In this document: positions 43,194 through 55,005 of the stretch, in pieces
Layout of the letters: each line of letters starts with the position of its first letter
How positions within the stretch are numbered: the stretch's first letter is position 1
DNA from: Escherichia coli
GTDB taxonomy: Bacteria; Pseudomonadota; Gammaproteobacteria; Enterobacterales; Enterobacteriaceae
Reading direction: 5' to 3' (one strand)
Assembly (NCBI RefSeq): GCF_044647545.1
Contig: NZ_CP172818.1
Length of the DNA: 64,000 bases
Program-made: the position numbers and the translations under genes
Notes under the pieces: generated by a model
What the model saw: only the letters and a program-made list of their open reading frames with translations
Told to the model about the DNA's origin: nothing
Database searches by the model: none

Positions 43194-43944
43194 TTTTCGA
43201 TTCCTGATTTTCGCTATGCGGAAGCCCTAATGCGGGCAGAAGGTCATTTATAGACTGATAAATTACATCAGGCTGGCTGAGATCGATAGCCTCGCCGTAG
43301 TTATATCCGTAGGTTAAGCCAACTGATGGGCAACCTGCCGCTTTTGCTGCCTGAATATCATTGCGTGAGTCGCCAACAAACAGCATCTGTTGTGGAGCAA
43401 TTCCCATCCGCTCAGCCACCAGTAACAGCGGGTCCGGATGCGGTTTTTTGTTTTGCACATCATCACCACCAATTACCACGCTGAAGTATTTGGCGATATC
43501 TAAGGCTTCGAGCAGCGGCGCGACGAACGGCGTCGGTTTGTTGGTGACCAGACCTAGCGGCAGGCCTTTAGCCTGCAATGCGCCCAGCGTATCGGCAACG
43601 TGCGGGAACAAAAACGTCCCCTCTTCGGCAACCTCGCCATAGTAGCGATCGAACAGTTTACGCAGAATACGTACTTGTTCTTCTGCCGGAATGTCGTCAT
43701 CAACGGGCGGTTTACCCATTGTTTTACGCAGAGTCGCACGTTCCTGACGCGCCCAGGTCAATGCGCGCTCCATCAGAACATCTGCGCCGTTACCAATCCA
43801 GGTTATAACGCGTTCTTCACCTGCGACGGGCAACTCCAGCGCATACAGCGCCATATCTACTGCGGTAGCCAAGCCAGGAGCACTGTCCACCAGCGTACCG
43901 TCGAGATCAAAAGCGACGCCGCGAATATCTTCAAACTTATTCAT
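43186..43944 (-). CDS. gph: Phosphoglycolate phosphatase (HAD family)
   Basis: 252 aa [27 protein letters not shown]... Confidence 0.92.
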   Translation of the reverse strand: MNKFEDIRGVAFDLDGTLVDSAPGLATAVDMALYALELPVAGEERVITWIGNGADVLMERALTWARQERATLRKTMGKPPVDDDIPAEEQVRILRKLFDRYYGEVAEEGTFLFPHVADTLGALQAKGLPLGLVTNKPTPFVAPLLEALDIAKYFSVVIGGDDVQNKKPHPDPLLLVAERMGIAPQQMLFVGDSRNDIQAAKAAGCPSVGLTYGYNYGEAIDLSQPDVIYQSINDLLPALGLPHSENQESKND

Positions 43945-44614
43945 GACTTACCTTTGCCAGTTCACTGCGCATTTCATCAATGACTTTTTTGTAGTCTGGC
44001 TGGTCGAAGATTGCCGAACCAGCAACAAACATATCCGCGCCCGCCGCAGCGATTTCGCCAATGTTGTTCACCTTCACGCCACCGTCCACTTCCAGTCGAA
44101 TGTCAAAGCCAGACTCGTCGATACGACGACGTACTTCGCGCAGTTTATCCAGTGTTTGAGGAATGAAAGACTGACCGCCGAAACCAGGATTAACGGACAT
44201 CAGCAGGATCACATCCAGCTTATCCATCACGTAATCCAGATAGCTCAGCGGTGTCGCCGGGTTAAATACCAGCCCCGCTTTACAGCCATTTTCTTTAATC
44301 AGTTGCAGCGTGCGGTCAACATGCTCGGAGGCTTCTGGATGAAAGGTAATGATGCTGGCACCAGCGGCAGCGAAATCAGGCACAATGCGATCGACGGGTT
44401 TCACCATCAGATGTACGTCGATAGGGGCGGTAATGCCGTAGTTACGCAAGGATTTCAGCACCATTGGCCCAATCGTCAGATTGGGAACATAGTGGTTATC
44501 CATGACGTCAAAATGCACGACATCAGCGCCAGCTGCCAGGGCTTTTGCGGTATCTTCACCCAGGCGGGCAAAATCAGCCGACAGAATTGAGGGGGCAATC
44601 AAATACTGTTTCAT
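43937..44614 (-). CDS. rpe: Ribulose-phosphate 3-epimerase
   Basis: 225 aa [50 protein letters not shown]... Confidence 0.95.
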   Translation of the reverse strand: MKQYLIAPSILSADFARLGEDTAKALAAGADVVHFDVMDNHYVPNLTIGPMVLKSLRNYGITAPIDVHLMVKPVDRIVPDFAAAGASIITFHPEASEHVDRTLQLIKENGCKAGLVFNPATPLSYLDYVMDKLDVILLMSVNPGFGGQSFIPQTLDKLREVRRRIDESGFDIRLEVDGGVKVNNIGEIAAAGADMFVAGSAIFDQPDYKKVIDEMRSELAKVSHE

Positions 44615-44631
44615 CCGCTTCTCCTTGAGAA

Positions 44632-45468
44632 TTATTTTTTCGCGGGTGAAACGACTCCTGGTTTGTACAAAGCCAGCAGTTCGTCCACCTTTTTACGTGT
44701 GCCGCCGTTGCTGCTTATACTGCGTCGAACTTTGACGACATGCAATTTTGCGCGCTGATACCACTCACGCGTTAACATCGTATCGTGATTGGAGATCAGC
44801 ACAGGAATATGGCGATCAACCAGACCTTCGGCGATCTCCGCCAGATGCGCTTGTTGTTCAAGCGTAAAACTGTTTGTGTGATACGCCGTAAAGTTGGCGG
44901 TCGCAGACAGCGGTGCATAAGGCGGATCGCAATAGACGACGGATGCATCATCTGCGCGTGCCATGCTATCGGCGTAAGACTCACAATAGAAAAAGGCATT
45001 CTGCGCTTTTTCAGCGAAGTGATACAACTCTGCTTCCGGGAAATAGGGTTTTTTGTAGCGGCCAAACGGCACGTTAAACTCACCGCGCAGATTGTAACGA
45101 CACAGGCCGTTGTAACCGTAGCGGTTCAAATATAAAAACAGTACCGCCCGACGGAACGGATCCTGGCTTTTGTTGAACTCTTCGCGGAACTGATAGTAAA
45201 CCTCGGCGCAATTTGTTTCGGGAACAAACAGCTCGCGTGCGGCCTGTACGTACTCATCAGTACGCATTTTCACAATGTTATAGAGACTGATCAGGTCGCT
45301 ATTGATATCGGCAAGGATATAACGAGAAAAGTCGGTGTTGAGAAACACCGACCCGGCACCTACAAAAGGCTCAACCAGACATTCGCCCTTGGGCAAATGC
45401 CGTTTAATATCATCAAGCAGGGGATACTTGCCCCCTGCCCACTTCAAAAAAGCGCGATTTTTCTTCAT
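44632..45468 (-). CDS. dam: DNA adenine methyltransferase (GATC)
   Basis: 278 aa [29 protein letters not shown]... with DPPY catalytic motif. Confidence 0.95.
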   Translation of the reverse strand: MKKNRAFLKWAGGKYPLLDDIKRHLPKGECLVEPFVGAGSVFLNTDFSRYILADINSDLISLYNIVKMRTDEYVQAARELFVPETNCAEVYYQFREEFNKSQDPFRRAVLFLYLNRYGYNGLCRYNLRGEFNVPFGRYKKPYFPEAELYHFAEKAQNAFFYCESYADSMARADDASVVYCDPPYAPLSATANFTAYHTNSFTLEQQAHLAEIAEGLVDRHIPVLISNHDTMLTREWYQRAKLHVVKVRRSISSNGGTRKKVDELLALYKPGVVSPAKK

Positions 45469-45574
45469 GCTGACTAACTAATTACACCTTCTCCGGCTGT
45501 GGAGAAAGCTCCGACAGCATCCAGCGCTTCAGGCAACTCCCGCGATGATAAACCATTGCGGGAGATAACCTTGA

Positions 45575-46861
45575 TTACTTCAGATCGGCCTGTACCTGAC
45601 GCAGCGGTTTCGCCCACGGGTTTTTGGCCTGGACATCGGCTGGCAATGTAGATACCGCTTTTTTCGCCTCTTCTTTCGAAGCGTACACGCCAGAAACCAG
45701 GACATACCACGGCTGACCATTACGCGTCGTTTCATAGACAACGTAGTTTTTCAGATTCTCTTTCTTCGCCCAACCGTTCAGGTTGTCGTAGTTAGAGGAA
45801 CTGCTCAGCTGCAGAGTGTAATGGCTGGACGGTGCCGATTTCAACGAACCCACATTACCTGCGGTCTTCCCTCCAGCGGCTGGTGTTGCCGTGGTTTGCG
45901 CCGGGGATGCCGTCTGTACTGGAGCCGTAGTTGCGGTCTCTTTTGGTGCTGGCGTAGAGGTCGCAGCCGGTGCCTTCGTGCTTGCCACAGGAGCAGCTGG
46001 TTCAGTACGCTTCGGCGTCTGTGCTACCGGCTTCGGCTCCGTTTTCACGGTTGCTTGCGGTTTTTTCGGTTCAATCACCGCCTGCTGGCGAGCTGGACGC
46101 GTAGTGGCCGGACGTTCAGCGGTTTGCGTTTTCGCCGTGTCACGCGATGCATTGCCATTGCGAACAGGCGCGACCGTCGCGGGTTCAGTCGGCAACGTGG
46201 AATTGACCGCCACATTATTCAACTGTTGCTGATTTTGTGGCTGGGTCAGCGCATTGTTCAGGTCACCCTGCACTTCAACACGTTGTTGACCATCCGTTGC
46301 CGCCGGGGTTTGCCCTTGAGTCGGCGTAGAAGAGATCGGCGGCAGAGAAACATCCTGCTGAGTATTTTCCGCAGACGTGGTTCCCGGCGCTGGCTGCACA
46401 CCATTCGCCTGATCGGTCGCATTGCCTGCAAGATCAATACTCTTCTCGCCAGACGCGGTTTGATCGCTGGAAGAGGTCGAGGGGGCTTTTAGCGCAGAAC
46501 CGATACCGATGATCAACAGTAGGAGAACCAGAATGCCGACCCCCATCATCATATACTGACGAGAAGCGGGTTTACTGGCTGCTTTTTTGCGCTTACGCGG
46601 ACGACGCTCTACGCGCTCTTCATCCACGATTTCATCTTCGGATTCGTCAATTTCTTCTTCGATTTCCGGCTCATCATTGCGCTCTTTTTGCGCACGAGTC
46701 GGACGGCGATCGTCAGTGTCATCAAGTTCAATATCATCAAAATTGATCTGCGGTTCGCCACGTTCAGTACGCTCAGAACGTTCAGAAGATTGACGAGAAC
46801 GACCAGTACGACGATCGCTGGGATCGGGTTTCAGCTCGTCTTCTGGTTTGAATTCATCCAT
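45575..46861 (-). CDS. damX: Cell-division protein DamX (SPOR domain, low-complexity periplasmic linker)
   Basis: 428 aa [30 protein letters not shown]...; Gln/Pro/Thr/Ala-rich middle; C-terminal SPOR-like domain. Confidence 0.9.
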   Translation of the reverse strand: MDEFKPEDELKPDPSDRRTGRSRQSSERSERTERGEPQINFDDIELDDTDDRRPTRAQKERNDEPEIEEEIDESEDEIVDEERVERRPRKRKKAASKPASRQYMMMGVGILVLLLLIIGIGSALKAPSTSSSDQTASGEKSIDLAGNATDQANGVQPAPGTTSAENTQQDVSLPPISSTPTQGQTPAATDGQQRVEVQGDLNNALTQPQNQQQLNNVAVNSTLPTEPATVAPVRNGNASRDTAKTQTAERPATTRPARQQAVIEPKKPQATVKTEPKPVAQTPKRTEPAAPVASTKAPAATSTPAPKETATTAPVQTASPAQTTATPAAGGKTAGNVGSLKSAPSSHYTLQLSSSSNYDNLNGWAKKENLKNYVVYETTRNGQPWYVLVSGVYASKEEAKKAVSTLPADVQAKNPWAKPLRQVQADLK

Positions 46862-46952
46862 TTAACACCCCACTAAAAGGTTAATGCTTACCACGTTGCA
46901 ATTAACCTGAAGCTAATAGACCGCTTGATAAGCGGCCTGACCTTTCTTGTTG

Positions 46953-48041
46953 TTACGCTGATTGACAATCGGCAATGGCGTTAAGAACAAGCTCGTGCGA
47001 AACGCCGCTGCGAACTTCACTCTTACCAATTGCCAACGGAAGAATTAAGCGCATCTCTCCCGCAAGGACTTTCTTGTCACGCAGCATATGCGGTAAATAC
47101 GCCTGCGCAGACATTTCGCGCGGCCCATTGACCGGTAACCCAGCCCGCGTGAGCAGGGTTATAATACGCTGCGTTTCGGCAGAACTAAACTGCCCGAGAC
47201 GTTCCGACGTCCGCGCCGCCATCACCATACCCGCAGCAACCGCTTCACCGTGTAACCAATTGCCATACCCCATTTCAGCTTCAATGGCATGACCAAAGGT
47301 GTGTCCCAGATTCAGTAAAGCACGTAACCCGGTTTCGCGCTCGTCGGCGGCGACAACTTCTGCCTTCAGTTCACAACAACGGCGAATACAGTACGCCATT
47401 GCCGGACCGTCCAGACGCAACAACGCATCCAGATTCTCTTCCAGCCAGTTAAAAAACGCACCGTCAAGAATAATGCCGTATTTGATGACTTCTGCCAGCC
47501 CCGACGCTAACTCACGCGGGGGAAGCGTTTTCAGACAGTCGAGATCCACCACCACTGAAGCAGGCTGGTAGAACGCGCCAATCATGTTTTTACCGAGGGG
47601 ATGGTTGACCGCAGTTTTGCCGCCAACGGAGGAATCGACCTGCGACAGTAACGTCGTCGGGACTTGAATGAAACGTACACCGCGCTGATAACTCGCCGCC
47701 GCAAAGCCGGTCAGATCGCCCACTACGCCGCCGCCAAGCGCCACCAGCGTAGTATCGCGACCATGCGGCTTTTGTAACAACGCCGTAAAGACGGTATCGA
47801 GTACAGCCAGGCTTTTATACTGCTCGCCGTCAGGGAGGATAACGCTATCGACGTTAACACCCGCCTGTTCAAGTACGCCGCGGACCTTATCGAGATACAG
47901 AGGAGCCAGGGTTTCGTTGGTAACCAACATGACCTGCTCGCCCGATTTCAGCGGTAAGAATGAAGCTGGTTCATTAAACAAACCAGATGCGATGGTAATT
48001 GGGTAACTACGTTCCCCGAGAGTAACGACAATCCTCTCCAT
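46953..48041 (-). CDS. aroB: 3-dehydroquinate synthase
   Basis: 362 aa [34 protein letters not shown]... Confidence 0.95.
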
Positions 48042-48097
48042 AACGCGACATCCACCTTAATTACTGTACCCGCAGACGAGTGTATATAAAGCCAGAA

Positions 48098-48619
48098 TTA
48101 GTTGCTTTCCAGCATGTGAATAATCTGGTTTGCGACCACTTTAGCGCTTTGATCATCAGTACGAATGGTCACGTCGGCAATCTCTTCATACAGCGGATTG
48201 CGTTCATTGGCCAACGCTTCCAGAACTTCACGCGGCGGTGTTTCAACGTGCAGCAACGGGCGTTTTTTATCACGCTGCGTGCGTGCAAGTTGCTTTTCGA
48301 TGGTCGTTTCAAGATAAACGACAACGCCACGTGCGGAAAGACGGTTACGCGTTTCGCGGGATTTCACAGAGCCGCCGCCAGTAGCCAGCACAATACCCTG
48401 TTTCTCGGTCAACTCATTGATGACCTTTTCTTCGCGATCGCGGAAGCCTTCTTCGCCTTCTAAATCGAAAACCCAGCCCACATCAGCTCCGGTTCGTTTC
48501 TCAATCTCTTGATCGGAATCGTAAAATTCCATATTGAGTTGTTGAGCTAACTGGCGCCCAATAGTGCTTTTTCCGGCACCCATAGGCCCAACCAGAAAGA
48601 TATTGCGTTTCTCTGCCAT
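48098..48619 (-). CDS. aroK: Shikimate kinase 1
   Basis: ORF contains [36 protein letters not shown]...; start set at this Met (173 aa). Confidence 0.92.
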   Translation of the reverse strand: MAEKRNIFLVGPMGAGKSTIGRQLAQQLNMEFYDSDQEIEKRTGADVGWVFDLEGEEGFRDREEKVINELTEKQGIVLATGGGSVKSRETRNRLSARGVVVYLETTIEKQLARTQRDKKRPLLHVETPPREVLEALANERNPLYEEIADVTIRTDDQSAKVVANQIIHMLESN

Positions 48620-49019
48620 TTTTTCGGTACTACTAAGACTATTCGTTAATGATAAACCCGCTTCGCTCAGAGAGCGCCGCAGGACATGAACTGAAACCTC
48701 ATAAGATATTGCGAGAGTCAGACTGAAAATTATCTCAATACTCCAGCGGGTTTGGCAACTGAATAAATCACCCATCCCTCTGCATATCTGGTCGCTGCAA
48801 GCGCGCTGCCTTGCTACCACCGCTCTGGCGATAAATCACCGGGTAAGATTAGCGTAAAAAAGACAGCAAAATGCCGCCTGAATGATAAATCATCATCATG
48901 GAACGCAGGCAGCGAAGAGCACCAACTCTCAAATCGGTACTCCTTGTATGCTAAATACCTGCGCGCGTCAAATAGATGAAACACGTTCAGCGTAAAAACA
49001 TTACCGCTTTTACGGCTGT

Positions 49020-50258
49020 TTACTCACTGGAAACCAGTCGTGGCGTGATAAACACCACTAACTCGCGTCGTTCATCTTCTTTTCCGTCATGACGAAATAA
49101 TTGCCCGAACCAGGGAATGTCGCCAAGCAACGGTACGCTATCCTGACCCGATTTATTTTTACGGGTAAAAATGCCGCCCAGCGCCAACGTTTCTCCGCTT
49201 TTGACCTCGACCTGCGTTTCGATCTCCTGCTTATCAATCGCCAGCACTTCGCCATCTGCCTGCTGTAGCACCTGCCCCGGAACGTTCTGGCTGATGTGTA
49301 ATTTCAGCCGGATGCGACCTTTTTGTAACACCGTGGGCGTGACCTCCATCCCCAGGACGGCCTCTTTAAATTCCACCGACGTCGCGCCACTTTCCCCGCT
49401 GGAAACCTGATATGGAATTTCGCTCCCCTGTTTAATGCTGGCAGGCTGAAGATGTGAGGCCAGCAGACGCGGACTGGCGATAATATCCAGCTGCTGTTTT
49501 TGTTCGAGCGCGGAAAGCTCAAGATCCAGTAAACGTCCGTTGATGCGTCCAATGTTAAAACCGACATGCGTTGTCGCCGTCGCTACGGAGAGGTCGCTGC
49601 CAAGCGTGGTGACTTGCCCAACGCCACCAGCTTGTTGCGCATCAGCCAACGTCCATTTCACGCCTAACTCACGCAAACTTTTTTCATTAATGGTGACAAT
49701 ATGCGCCGAGAGCTCAACCTGCCCGACCGGCAGATCCATTTGCGCTACCCACTGTTCAAGCGTGCTTAACGCCGTTTTGTTATCTCGCAGCAAAAGGCGA
49801 TTGGTGCGTTTATCGACGGTCATACTCCCTTTGGCACTCAGTAGCTTCTCCCCAGCTTTCGCCAGCTCTCCGGCGTCGGCGTATTGCAGAGTAATATTGC
49901 GATTTTCCAGCGGCAGATTTGCCTGCGCCCGCGCCTGCTCCGCTTCCTGACGGGCGATATTGTCATTCTGCCAGGCAATGGAATGCACTGAGAGAATGTT
50001 GCCCTCCTGGCGCGTTATCAGTCCGGCGCTTTTCACTACAGTTTGTAGTGCCTGCTTCCAGGGAACATCTGTTAGATGTAACGACACCGTACCGCTGACG
50101 TCTGGCGACACCACCAGGTTCAACTTCTCCTGTTCAGCCAGCGCCTGCAACACCTGAGCTACCGGAACGTCATCCACCATCAGTGTCACTTTTTGCGGCT
50201 TTGCCGCCTGTACGCCGGGTATCAGCATCAACAGTAGTGCGGCTATCCATTGCTTCAT
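49020..50258 (-). CDS. hofQ: Secretin-family outer-membrane protein HofQ (competence / type IV pilus-like DNA uptake)
   Basis: 412 aa ORF with signal peptide and C-terminal secretin domain (...VVFITPRLV). Confidence 0.88.
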   Translation of the reverse strand: MKQWIAALLLMLIPGVQAAKPQKVTLMVDDVPVAQVLQALAEQEKLNLVVSPDVSGTVSLHLTDVPWKQALQTVVKSAGLITRQEGNILSVHSIAWQNDNIARQEAEQARAQANLPLENRNITLQYADAGELAKAGEKLLSAKGSMTVDKRTNRLLLRDNKTALSTLEQWVAQMDLPVGQVELSAHIVTINEKSLRELGVKWTLADAQQAGGVGQVTTLGSDLSVATATTHVGFNIGRINGRLLDLELSALEQKQQLDIIASPRLLASHLQPASIKQGSEIPYQVSSGESGATSVEFKEAVLGMEVTPTVLQKGRIRLKLHISQNVPGQVLQQADGEVLAIDKQEIETQVEVKSGETLALGGIFTRKNKSGQDSVPLLGDIPWFGQLFRHDGKEDERRELVVFITPRLVSSE

Positions 50259-50574
50259 TTGTATCTCCTTGCCGTTGCCACAACCATTGTGGCGGTTCGC
50301 AGTTTGTCCCGGTACCCAGCGTTAGTACGTCTGGCGTCAGCTGTAAAATTGTCCAGCCGTTTTCCAGCACATCGTTTTGCTGCACCCGTCGCCATTTCTT
50401 TTGCCCGTCTTTTATTACACCGATGATGCGCTCGCCTCGCCCTACTATCCCCTGATAGCGCCACTGGCTAAGTTCGCTAATCCGGCATAGATCTTCCGGC
50501 GGTTTAAAAGGGTCACGCATACCGGTTAAAAGGCACAATGCAATACCTGCCAACAACCAGCGTTTACCCCTCAT
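50170..50574 (-). CDS. hofP: DNA utilisation protein HofP (pilus-assembly PilP-like lipoprotein)
   Basis: ORF ...MRGKRWLLAGIALCLLTGMRDPF...; start at internal Met; overlaps hofQ start. Confidence 0.75.
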   Translation of the reverse strand: MRGKRWLLAGIALCLLTGMRDPFKPPEDLCRISELSQWRYQGIVGRGERIIGVIKDGQKKWRRVQQNDVLENGWTILQLTPDVLTLGTGTNCEPPQWLWQRQGDTNEAMDSRTTVDADTRRTGGKAAKSDTDGG

Positions 50575-51004
50575 GCGGCGTCTCCAGTTGTAGCGTGAAC
50601 AAAAGATCATCACCTTCCACGCTTAACGAAAAACGGCTCACGCTGACGTTGCGCTCTGCCAGCCGTGTAAATGCCGACGGCACTGCTTCCCACAGCGTTT
50701 TCAACGCCAACTCACCTCCCTGCGCGGATGGATGCCAGGAAACCAGTTGCGCGCCGGGCAACTGAAAATCCAGTGGCGAAAAGGGCAGCGTTTTTTCTTC
50801 GCTGAAGGGAGTGGTGTCTACCAGGCGATACAGTGCGGCCCACTGCTGGTGATGACTCGCCCGTAGTCGAATTAATGCGTCGCTCTCTTCCTGGTGTGTC
50901 GATGACAGAAAAATGAGCGTAACTAACATCATCAACCAGAATGCCCAGCAAAGCTGGCGGAGGCGGGGTGATGCGGCGAACCACCAGTCAAAGAGCATGT
51001 CCAT
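50564..51004 (-). CDS. hofO: DNA utilisation protein HofO (PilO-like)
   Basis: 146 aa ORF with N-terminal TM helix; synteny. Confidence 0.75.
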   Translation of the reverse strand: MDMLFDWWFAASPRLRQLCWAFWLMMLVTLIFLSSTHQEESDALIRLRASHHQQWAALYRLVDTTPFSEEKTLPFSPLDFQLPGAQLVSWHPSAQGGELALKTLWEAVPSAFTRLAERNVSVSRFSLSVEGDDLLFTLQLETPHEG

Positions 51005-51527
51005 CGCTAACCTTCCTTGTTAACTGATACTCAAATTGCCAGCGTCCCTGCGCATCCTGCTGCGTGCCCCCCCGCTGATTGAGATGAAAAAAAGCATCCT
51101 GACAGAGTGACGTTTCCAGCGCGTTTAACGCGGTAATGCTTGTTGTCAGCCCCTTGATCTCCAGCGTTCCCTGCTGCCAGCTTATCGTTGTCAGCCAGGC
51201 GTGCTCGGGTAAAAGCGCCGCCAGTGCTTCCAGCGCAGATTGCCAGTCGCGGGTAAATTGTCGCTGGCGCTGCCTTTGCAAACGCTGTTCGCGTAACTGC
51301 TGTTGCTCCAGCAAACGTGGTTTCGTTATCTGTAAGCTGTGGGCAAGTTGTTGTTCCGCCTGAAGCAAAACGGCGTTTACGCGTGCTTCGGCGTTGCTTG
51401 TCAGACGCAGTATTAGCGTAATCCCGACGGCCAGCAGCAGAGGCGCAACGAACATCAGCAACCAGAAACGCAGAAAAGCGGTCCGGCGTTGCTGTCGCCA
51501 GGGCAAAAAATTAATTGGCGGGTTCAT
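50988..51527 (-). CDS. hofN: DNA utilisation protein HofN (PilN-like)
   Basis: 179 aa ORF with N-terminal TM helix and coiled-coil; synteny. Confidence 0.75.
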   Translation of the reverse strand: MNPPINFLPWRQQRRTAFLRFWLLMFVAPLLLAVGITLILRLTSNAEARVNAVLLQAEQQLAHSLQITKPRLLEQQQLREQRLQRQRQRQFTRDWQSALEALAALLPEHAWLTTISWQQGTLEIKGLTTSITALNALETSLCQDAFFHLNQRGGTQQDAQGRWQFEYQLTRKVSDGHAL

Positions 51528-52306
51528 CAGTTCGCCTTCCCTAGCGCCAGCCCCAGCGCGATGGCAAAGTCTCCACCTGGCGGCGGTAGCGGCGGCTGAC
51601 GAACAGAAACGGCCTCCCAGGGATCAAATCCGCCTTCGCCACATAGCGCGACGCTTTCGGGATCAACGGATAACGCTGCCGCCAGCTCCTTCGCGCTAGT
51701 CATCCCCACCGCCAGTTTGCGCCCCCAGCGATAGCGCGTCGCCCACAGCCACTGTTCGTTATCACGCCAGGCCAGACATTGCTGATGAGAAGGTAAAAAA
51801 GGCAGGAATCGCTGTAATGCACTGGCATCCGGGGTGATCGCGCTAACATGAACACGCAACCTTTCTGCCAGAGTAAGCAGCGTTGCCAGCTCTTTGCTTT
51901 GCGCGGCAGTCACGTTATAGGCGGGACTGAGTGAGTCTTCGCTGTAATCGAAGCGCAGGGAGTCCGGATCCATATCCAGTTCACGGGCCATCGTCCCGGA
52001 CAGCCAGGCCGTTTGCTCCCGCTCACCAAGGGACATCGACGGGCGCGGAAATGACCGCTGTAATGTGCGACTGGCGGGAAACGCCAACATAATGTGATGA
52101 CGCTGCGGCAGTTCGCGGCTCCACGGTAACAACGTGTTAGCCAGCCGCTGCGCATCAACAATCCGCCCATCTTTGATAATGTCATTCTCCAGCGGCAACC
52201 GCCACCAGCGTTGCAAAAAGCATTCTTTTGCGCCCCGCACGATCGCAACCGCTACCGCTTCTTGCTGTTGTAAATGCAAACCAATTTGCCAGATCTTAAA
52301 TGCCAT
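51527..52306 (-). CDS. hofM: DNA utilisation protein HofM (PilM-like actin-fold ATPase)
   Basis: ORF ...MAFKIWQIGLHLQQQEAVAVAIV...; start at internal Met (259 aa); divergent from mrcA. Confidence 0.8.
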   Translation of the reverse strand: MAFKIWQIGLHLQQQEAVAVAIVRGAKECFLQRWWRLPLENDIIKDGRIVDAQRLANTLLPWSRELPQRHHIMLAFPASRTLQRSFPRPSMSLGEREQTAWLSGTMARELDMDPDSLRFDYSEDSLSPAYNVTAAQSKELATLLTLAERLRVHVSAITPDASALQRFLPFLPSHQQCLAWRDNEQWLWATRYRWGRKLAVGMTSAKELAAALSVDPESVALCGEGGFDPWEAVSVRQPPLPPPGGDFAIALGLALGKAN

Positions 52307-52401
52307 TGTGATGATCTCCTTATCACCCGTCACTCTGACGGGTATATCAATGCGTCTGGCTTGCCTTTATACTACCGCGCGTTTGTTTATAAACTGCCCA
52401 A

Positions 52402-54978
52402 ATGAAACTAAATGGGAAATTTCCAGTGAAGTTCGTAAAGTATTTTTTGATCCTTGCAGTCTGTTGCATTCTGCTGGGAGCAGGCTCGATTTATGGCCTA
52501 TACCGCTACATCGAGCCACAACTGCCGGATGTGGCGACATTAAAAGATGTTCGCCTGCAAATTCCGATGCAGATTTACAGCGCCGATGGCGAGCTGATTG
52601 CTCAATACGGTGAGAAACGTCGTATTCCGGTTACGTTGGATCAAATCCCGCCGGAGATGGTGAAAGCCTTTATCGCGACGGAAGACAGCCGCTTCTACGA
52701 GCATCACGGCGTTGACCCGGTGGGGATCTTCCGTGCGGCAAGTGTGGCGCTGTTCTCCGGCCACGCGTCACAAGGGGCGAGTACCATTACCCAGCAGCTG
52801 GCGAGAAACTTCTTCCTCAGTCCAGAACGCACGCTGATGCGTAAGATTAAGGAAGTCTTCCTCGCGATTCGCATTGAACAGTTGCTGACGAAAGACGAGA
52901 TCCTCGAGCTTTATCTGAACAAGATTTACCTCGGTTACCGCGCCTATGGTGTCGGTGCTGCGGCACAAGTCTATTTCGGTAAAACGGTCGACCAACTGAC
53001 GCTGAACGAAATGGCGGTGATAGCCGGGCTGCCGAAAGCGCCTTCCACCTTTAATCCGCTCTACTCAATGGATCGTGCCGTCGCGCGGCGTAACGTCGTA
53101 CTGTCGCGGATGCTGGATGAAGGGTATATCACCCAACAACAGTTCGATCAGACACGCACTGAGGCGATTAACGCTAACTATCACGCGCCGGAGATTGCTT
53201 TCTCTGCGCCGTACCTGAGCGAAATGGTGCGCCAGGAGATGTATAACCGTTATGGCGAAAGTGCCTATGAAGACGGTTATCGCATTTACACCACCATCAC
53301 CCGCAAAGTACAGCAGGCCGCACAGCAGGCAGTACGTAATAACGTGCTGGACTACGACATGCGCCACGGCTATCGCGGCCCGGCAAATGTGCTGTGGAAA
53401 GTGGGCGAATCGGCGTGGGATAACAACAAGATTACCGATACGTTGAAGGCGCTGCCGACCTATGGTCCGCTGCTGCCTGCCGCAGTCACCAGCGCCAATC
53501 CTCAGGAAGCGACGGCGATGCTGGCGGACGGGTCGACCGTCGCATTGAGTATGGAAGGCGTTCGCTGGGCGCGTCCTTACCGTTCGGATACTCAGCAGGG
53601 ACCGACGCCGCGTAAAGTGACCGATGTTTTGCAAACGGGTCAGCAAATCTGGGTTCGTCAGGTTGGCGATGCATGGTGGCTGGCACAAGTGCCGGAAGTG
53701 AACTCGGCGCTGGTGTCGATCAATCCGCAAAACGGTGCCGTTATGGCGCTGGTCGGTGGCTTTGATTTCAATCAGAGCAAGTTTAACCGCGCCACCCAGG
53801 CACTGCGTCAGGTGGGTTCCAACATCAAACCGTTCCTCTACACCGCGGCGATGGATAAAGGTCTGACGCTGGCAAGTATGTTGAACGATGTGCCAATTTC
53901 CCGCTGGGATGCAGGTGCCGGTTCTGACTGGCAGCCGAAGAACTCACCACCGCAGTATGCCGGTCCAATTCGCTTACGTCAGGGACTGGGCCAGTCGAAA
54001 AACGTGGTGATGGTACGCGCAATGCGGGCGATGGGCGTCGACTACGCTGCAGAATATCTGCAACGCTTCGGCTTCCCGGCGCAAAACATTGTCCACACCG
54101 AATCGCTGGCGCTGGGTTCAGCGTCCTTCACCCCAATGCAGGTGGCGCGCGGCTACGCGGTAATGGCGAACGGCGGCTTCCTGGTGGACCCGTGGTTTAT
54201 CAGCAAAATTGAAAACGATCAGGGCGGCGTGATTTTCGAAGCGAAACCGAAAGTAGCCTGCCCGGAATGCGATATTCCGGTGATTTACGGTGATACGCAG
54301 AAATCGAACGTGCTGGAAAATAACGATGTTGAAGATGTCGCTATCTCCCGCGAGCAGCAGAATGTTTCTGTGCCAATGCCGCAGCTGGAGCAGGCAAATC
54401 AGGCGTTAGTGGCGAAGACTGGCGCGCAGGAGTACGCACCGCACGTCATCAACACACCGCTGGCATTCCTGATTAAGAGTGCCTTGAACACCAATATTTT
54501 TGGTGAACCAGGCTGGCAGGGTACTGGCTGGCGAGCAGGTCGTGATTTACAACGGCATGATATAGGCGGAAAAACGGGTACCACTAACAGTTCGAAAGAT
54601 GCGTGGTTCTCGGGTTACGGTCCGGGCGTTGTGACCTCGGTCTGGATTGGCTTTGATGATCACCGTCGTAATCTCGGTCATACAACGGCTTCCGGAGCGA
54701 TTAAAGATCAGATCTCAGGTTACGAAGGCGGTGCCAAGAGTGCCCAACCTGCATGGGACGCTTATATGAAAGCCGTTCTTGAAGGTGTGCCGGAGCAGCC
54801 GCTGACGCCGCCGCCGGGTATTGTGACGGTGAATATCGATCGCAGCACCGGGCAGTTAGCTAATGGTGGCAACAGCCGCGAAGAGTATTTCATCGAAGGT
54901 ACGCAGCCGACACAACAGGCGGTGCACGAGGTGGGAACGACCATTATCGATAATGGCGAGGCACAGGAATTGTTCTGA
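52402..54978 (+). CDS. mrcA: Penicillin-binding protein 1A (bifunctional glycosyltransferase/transpeptidase)
   Basis: 858 aa ORF (true start may be the GTG 8 codons in, giving 850 aa) with EDSRFYEHHG glycosyltransferase motif and SxxK, SxN, KTG transpeptidase motifs. Confidence 0.93.
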   Translation: MKLNGKFPVKFVKYFLILAVCCILLGAGSIYGLYRYIEPQLPDVATLKDVRLQIPMQIYSADGELIAQYGEKRRIPVTLDQIPPEMVKAFIATEDSRFYEHHGVDPVGIFRAASVALFSGHASQGASTITQQLARNFFLSPERTLMRKIKEVFLAIRIEQLLTKDEILELYLNKIYLGYRAYGVGAAAQVYFGKTVDQLTLNEMAVIAGLPKAPSTFNPLYSMDRAVARRNVVLSRMLDEGYITQQQFDQTRTEAINANYHAPEIAFSAPYLSEMVRQEMYNRYGESAYEDGYRIYTTITRKVQQAAQQAVRNNVLDYDMRHGYRGPANVLWKVGESAWDNNKITDTLKALPTYGPLLPAAVTSANPQEATAMLADGSTVALSMEGVRWARPYRSDTQQGPTPRKVTDVLQTGQQIWVRQVGDAWWLAQVPEVNSALVSINPQNGAVMALVGGFDFNQSKFNRATQALRQVGSNIKPFLYTAAMDKGLTLASMLNDVPISRWDAGAGSDWQPKNSPPQYAGPIRLRQGLGQSKNVVMVRAMRAMGVDYAAEYLQRFGFPAQNIVHTESLALGSASFTPMQVARGYAVMANGGFLVDPWFISKIENDQGGVIFEAKPKVACPECDIPVIYGDTQKSNVLENNDVEDVAISREQQNVSVPMPQLEQANQALVAKTGAQEYAPHVINTPLAFLIKSALNTNIFGEPGWQGTGWRAGRDLQRHDIGGKTGTTNSSKDAWFSGYGPGVVTSVWIGFDDHRRNLGHTTASGAIKDQISGYEGGAKSAQPAWDAYMKAVLEGVPEQPLTPPPGIVTVNIDRSTGQLANGGNSREEYFIEGTQPTQQAVHEVGTTIIDNGEAQELF

Positions 54979-54984
54979 TTAAAA

Positions 54985-55005
54985 AGGCGCTTCGGCGCCT
55001 TTTTC
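54985..55005. terminator. Rho-independent terminator after mrcA (A-run/hairpin/T-run, potentially bidirectional)
   Basis: aaaaaggcgcttcggcgcctttttc immediately after the mrcA stop. Confidence 0.75.

Noticed and set aside
45800-46500. Repetitive, low-complexity DNA inside damX that could suggest a tandem repeat or mobile-element remnant
   Set aside because: It encodes the natural Gln/Pro/Thr/Ala-rich periplasmic linker of DamX in an uninterrupted frame flanked by the expected N-terminal and SPOR domains; no direct repeats with spacer structure
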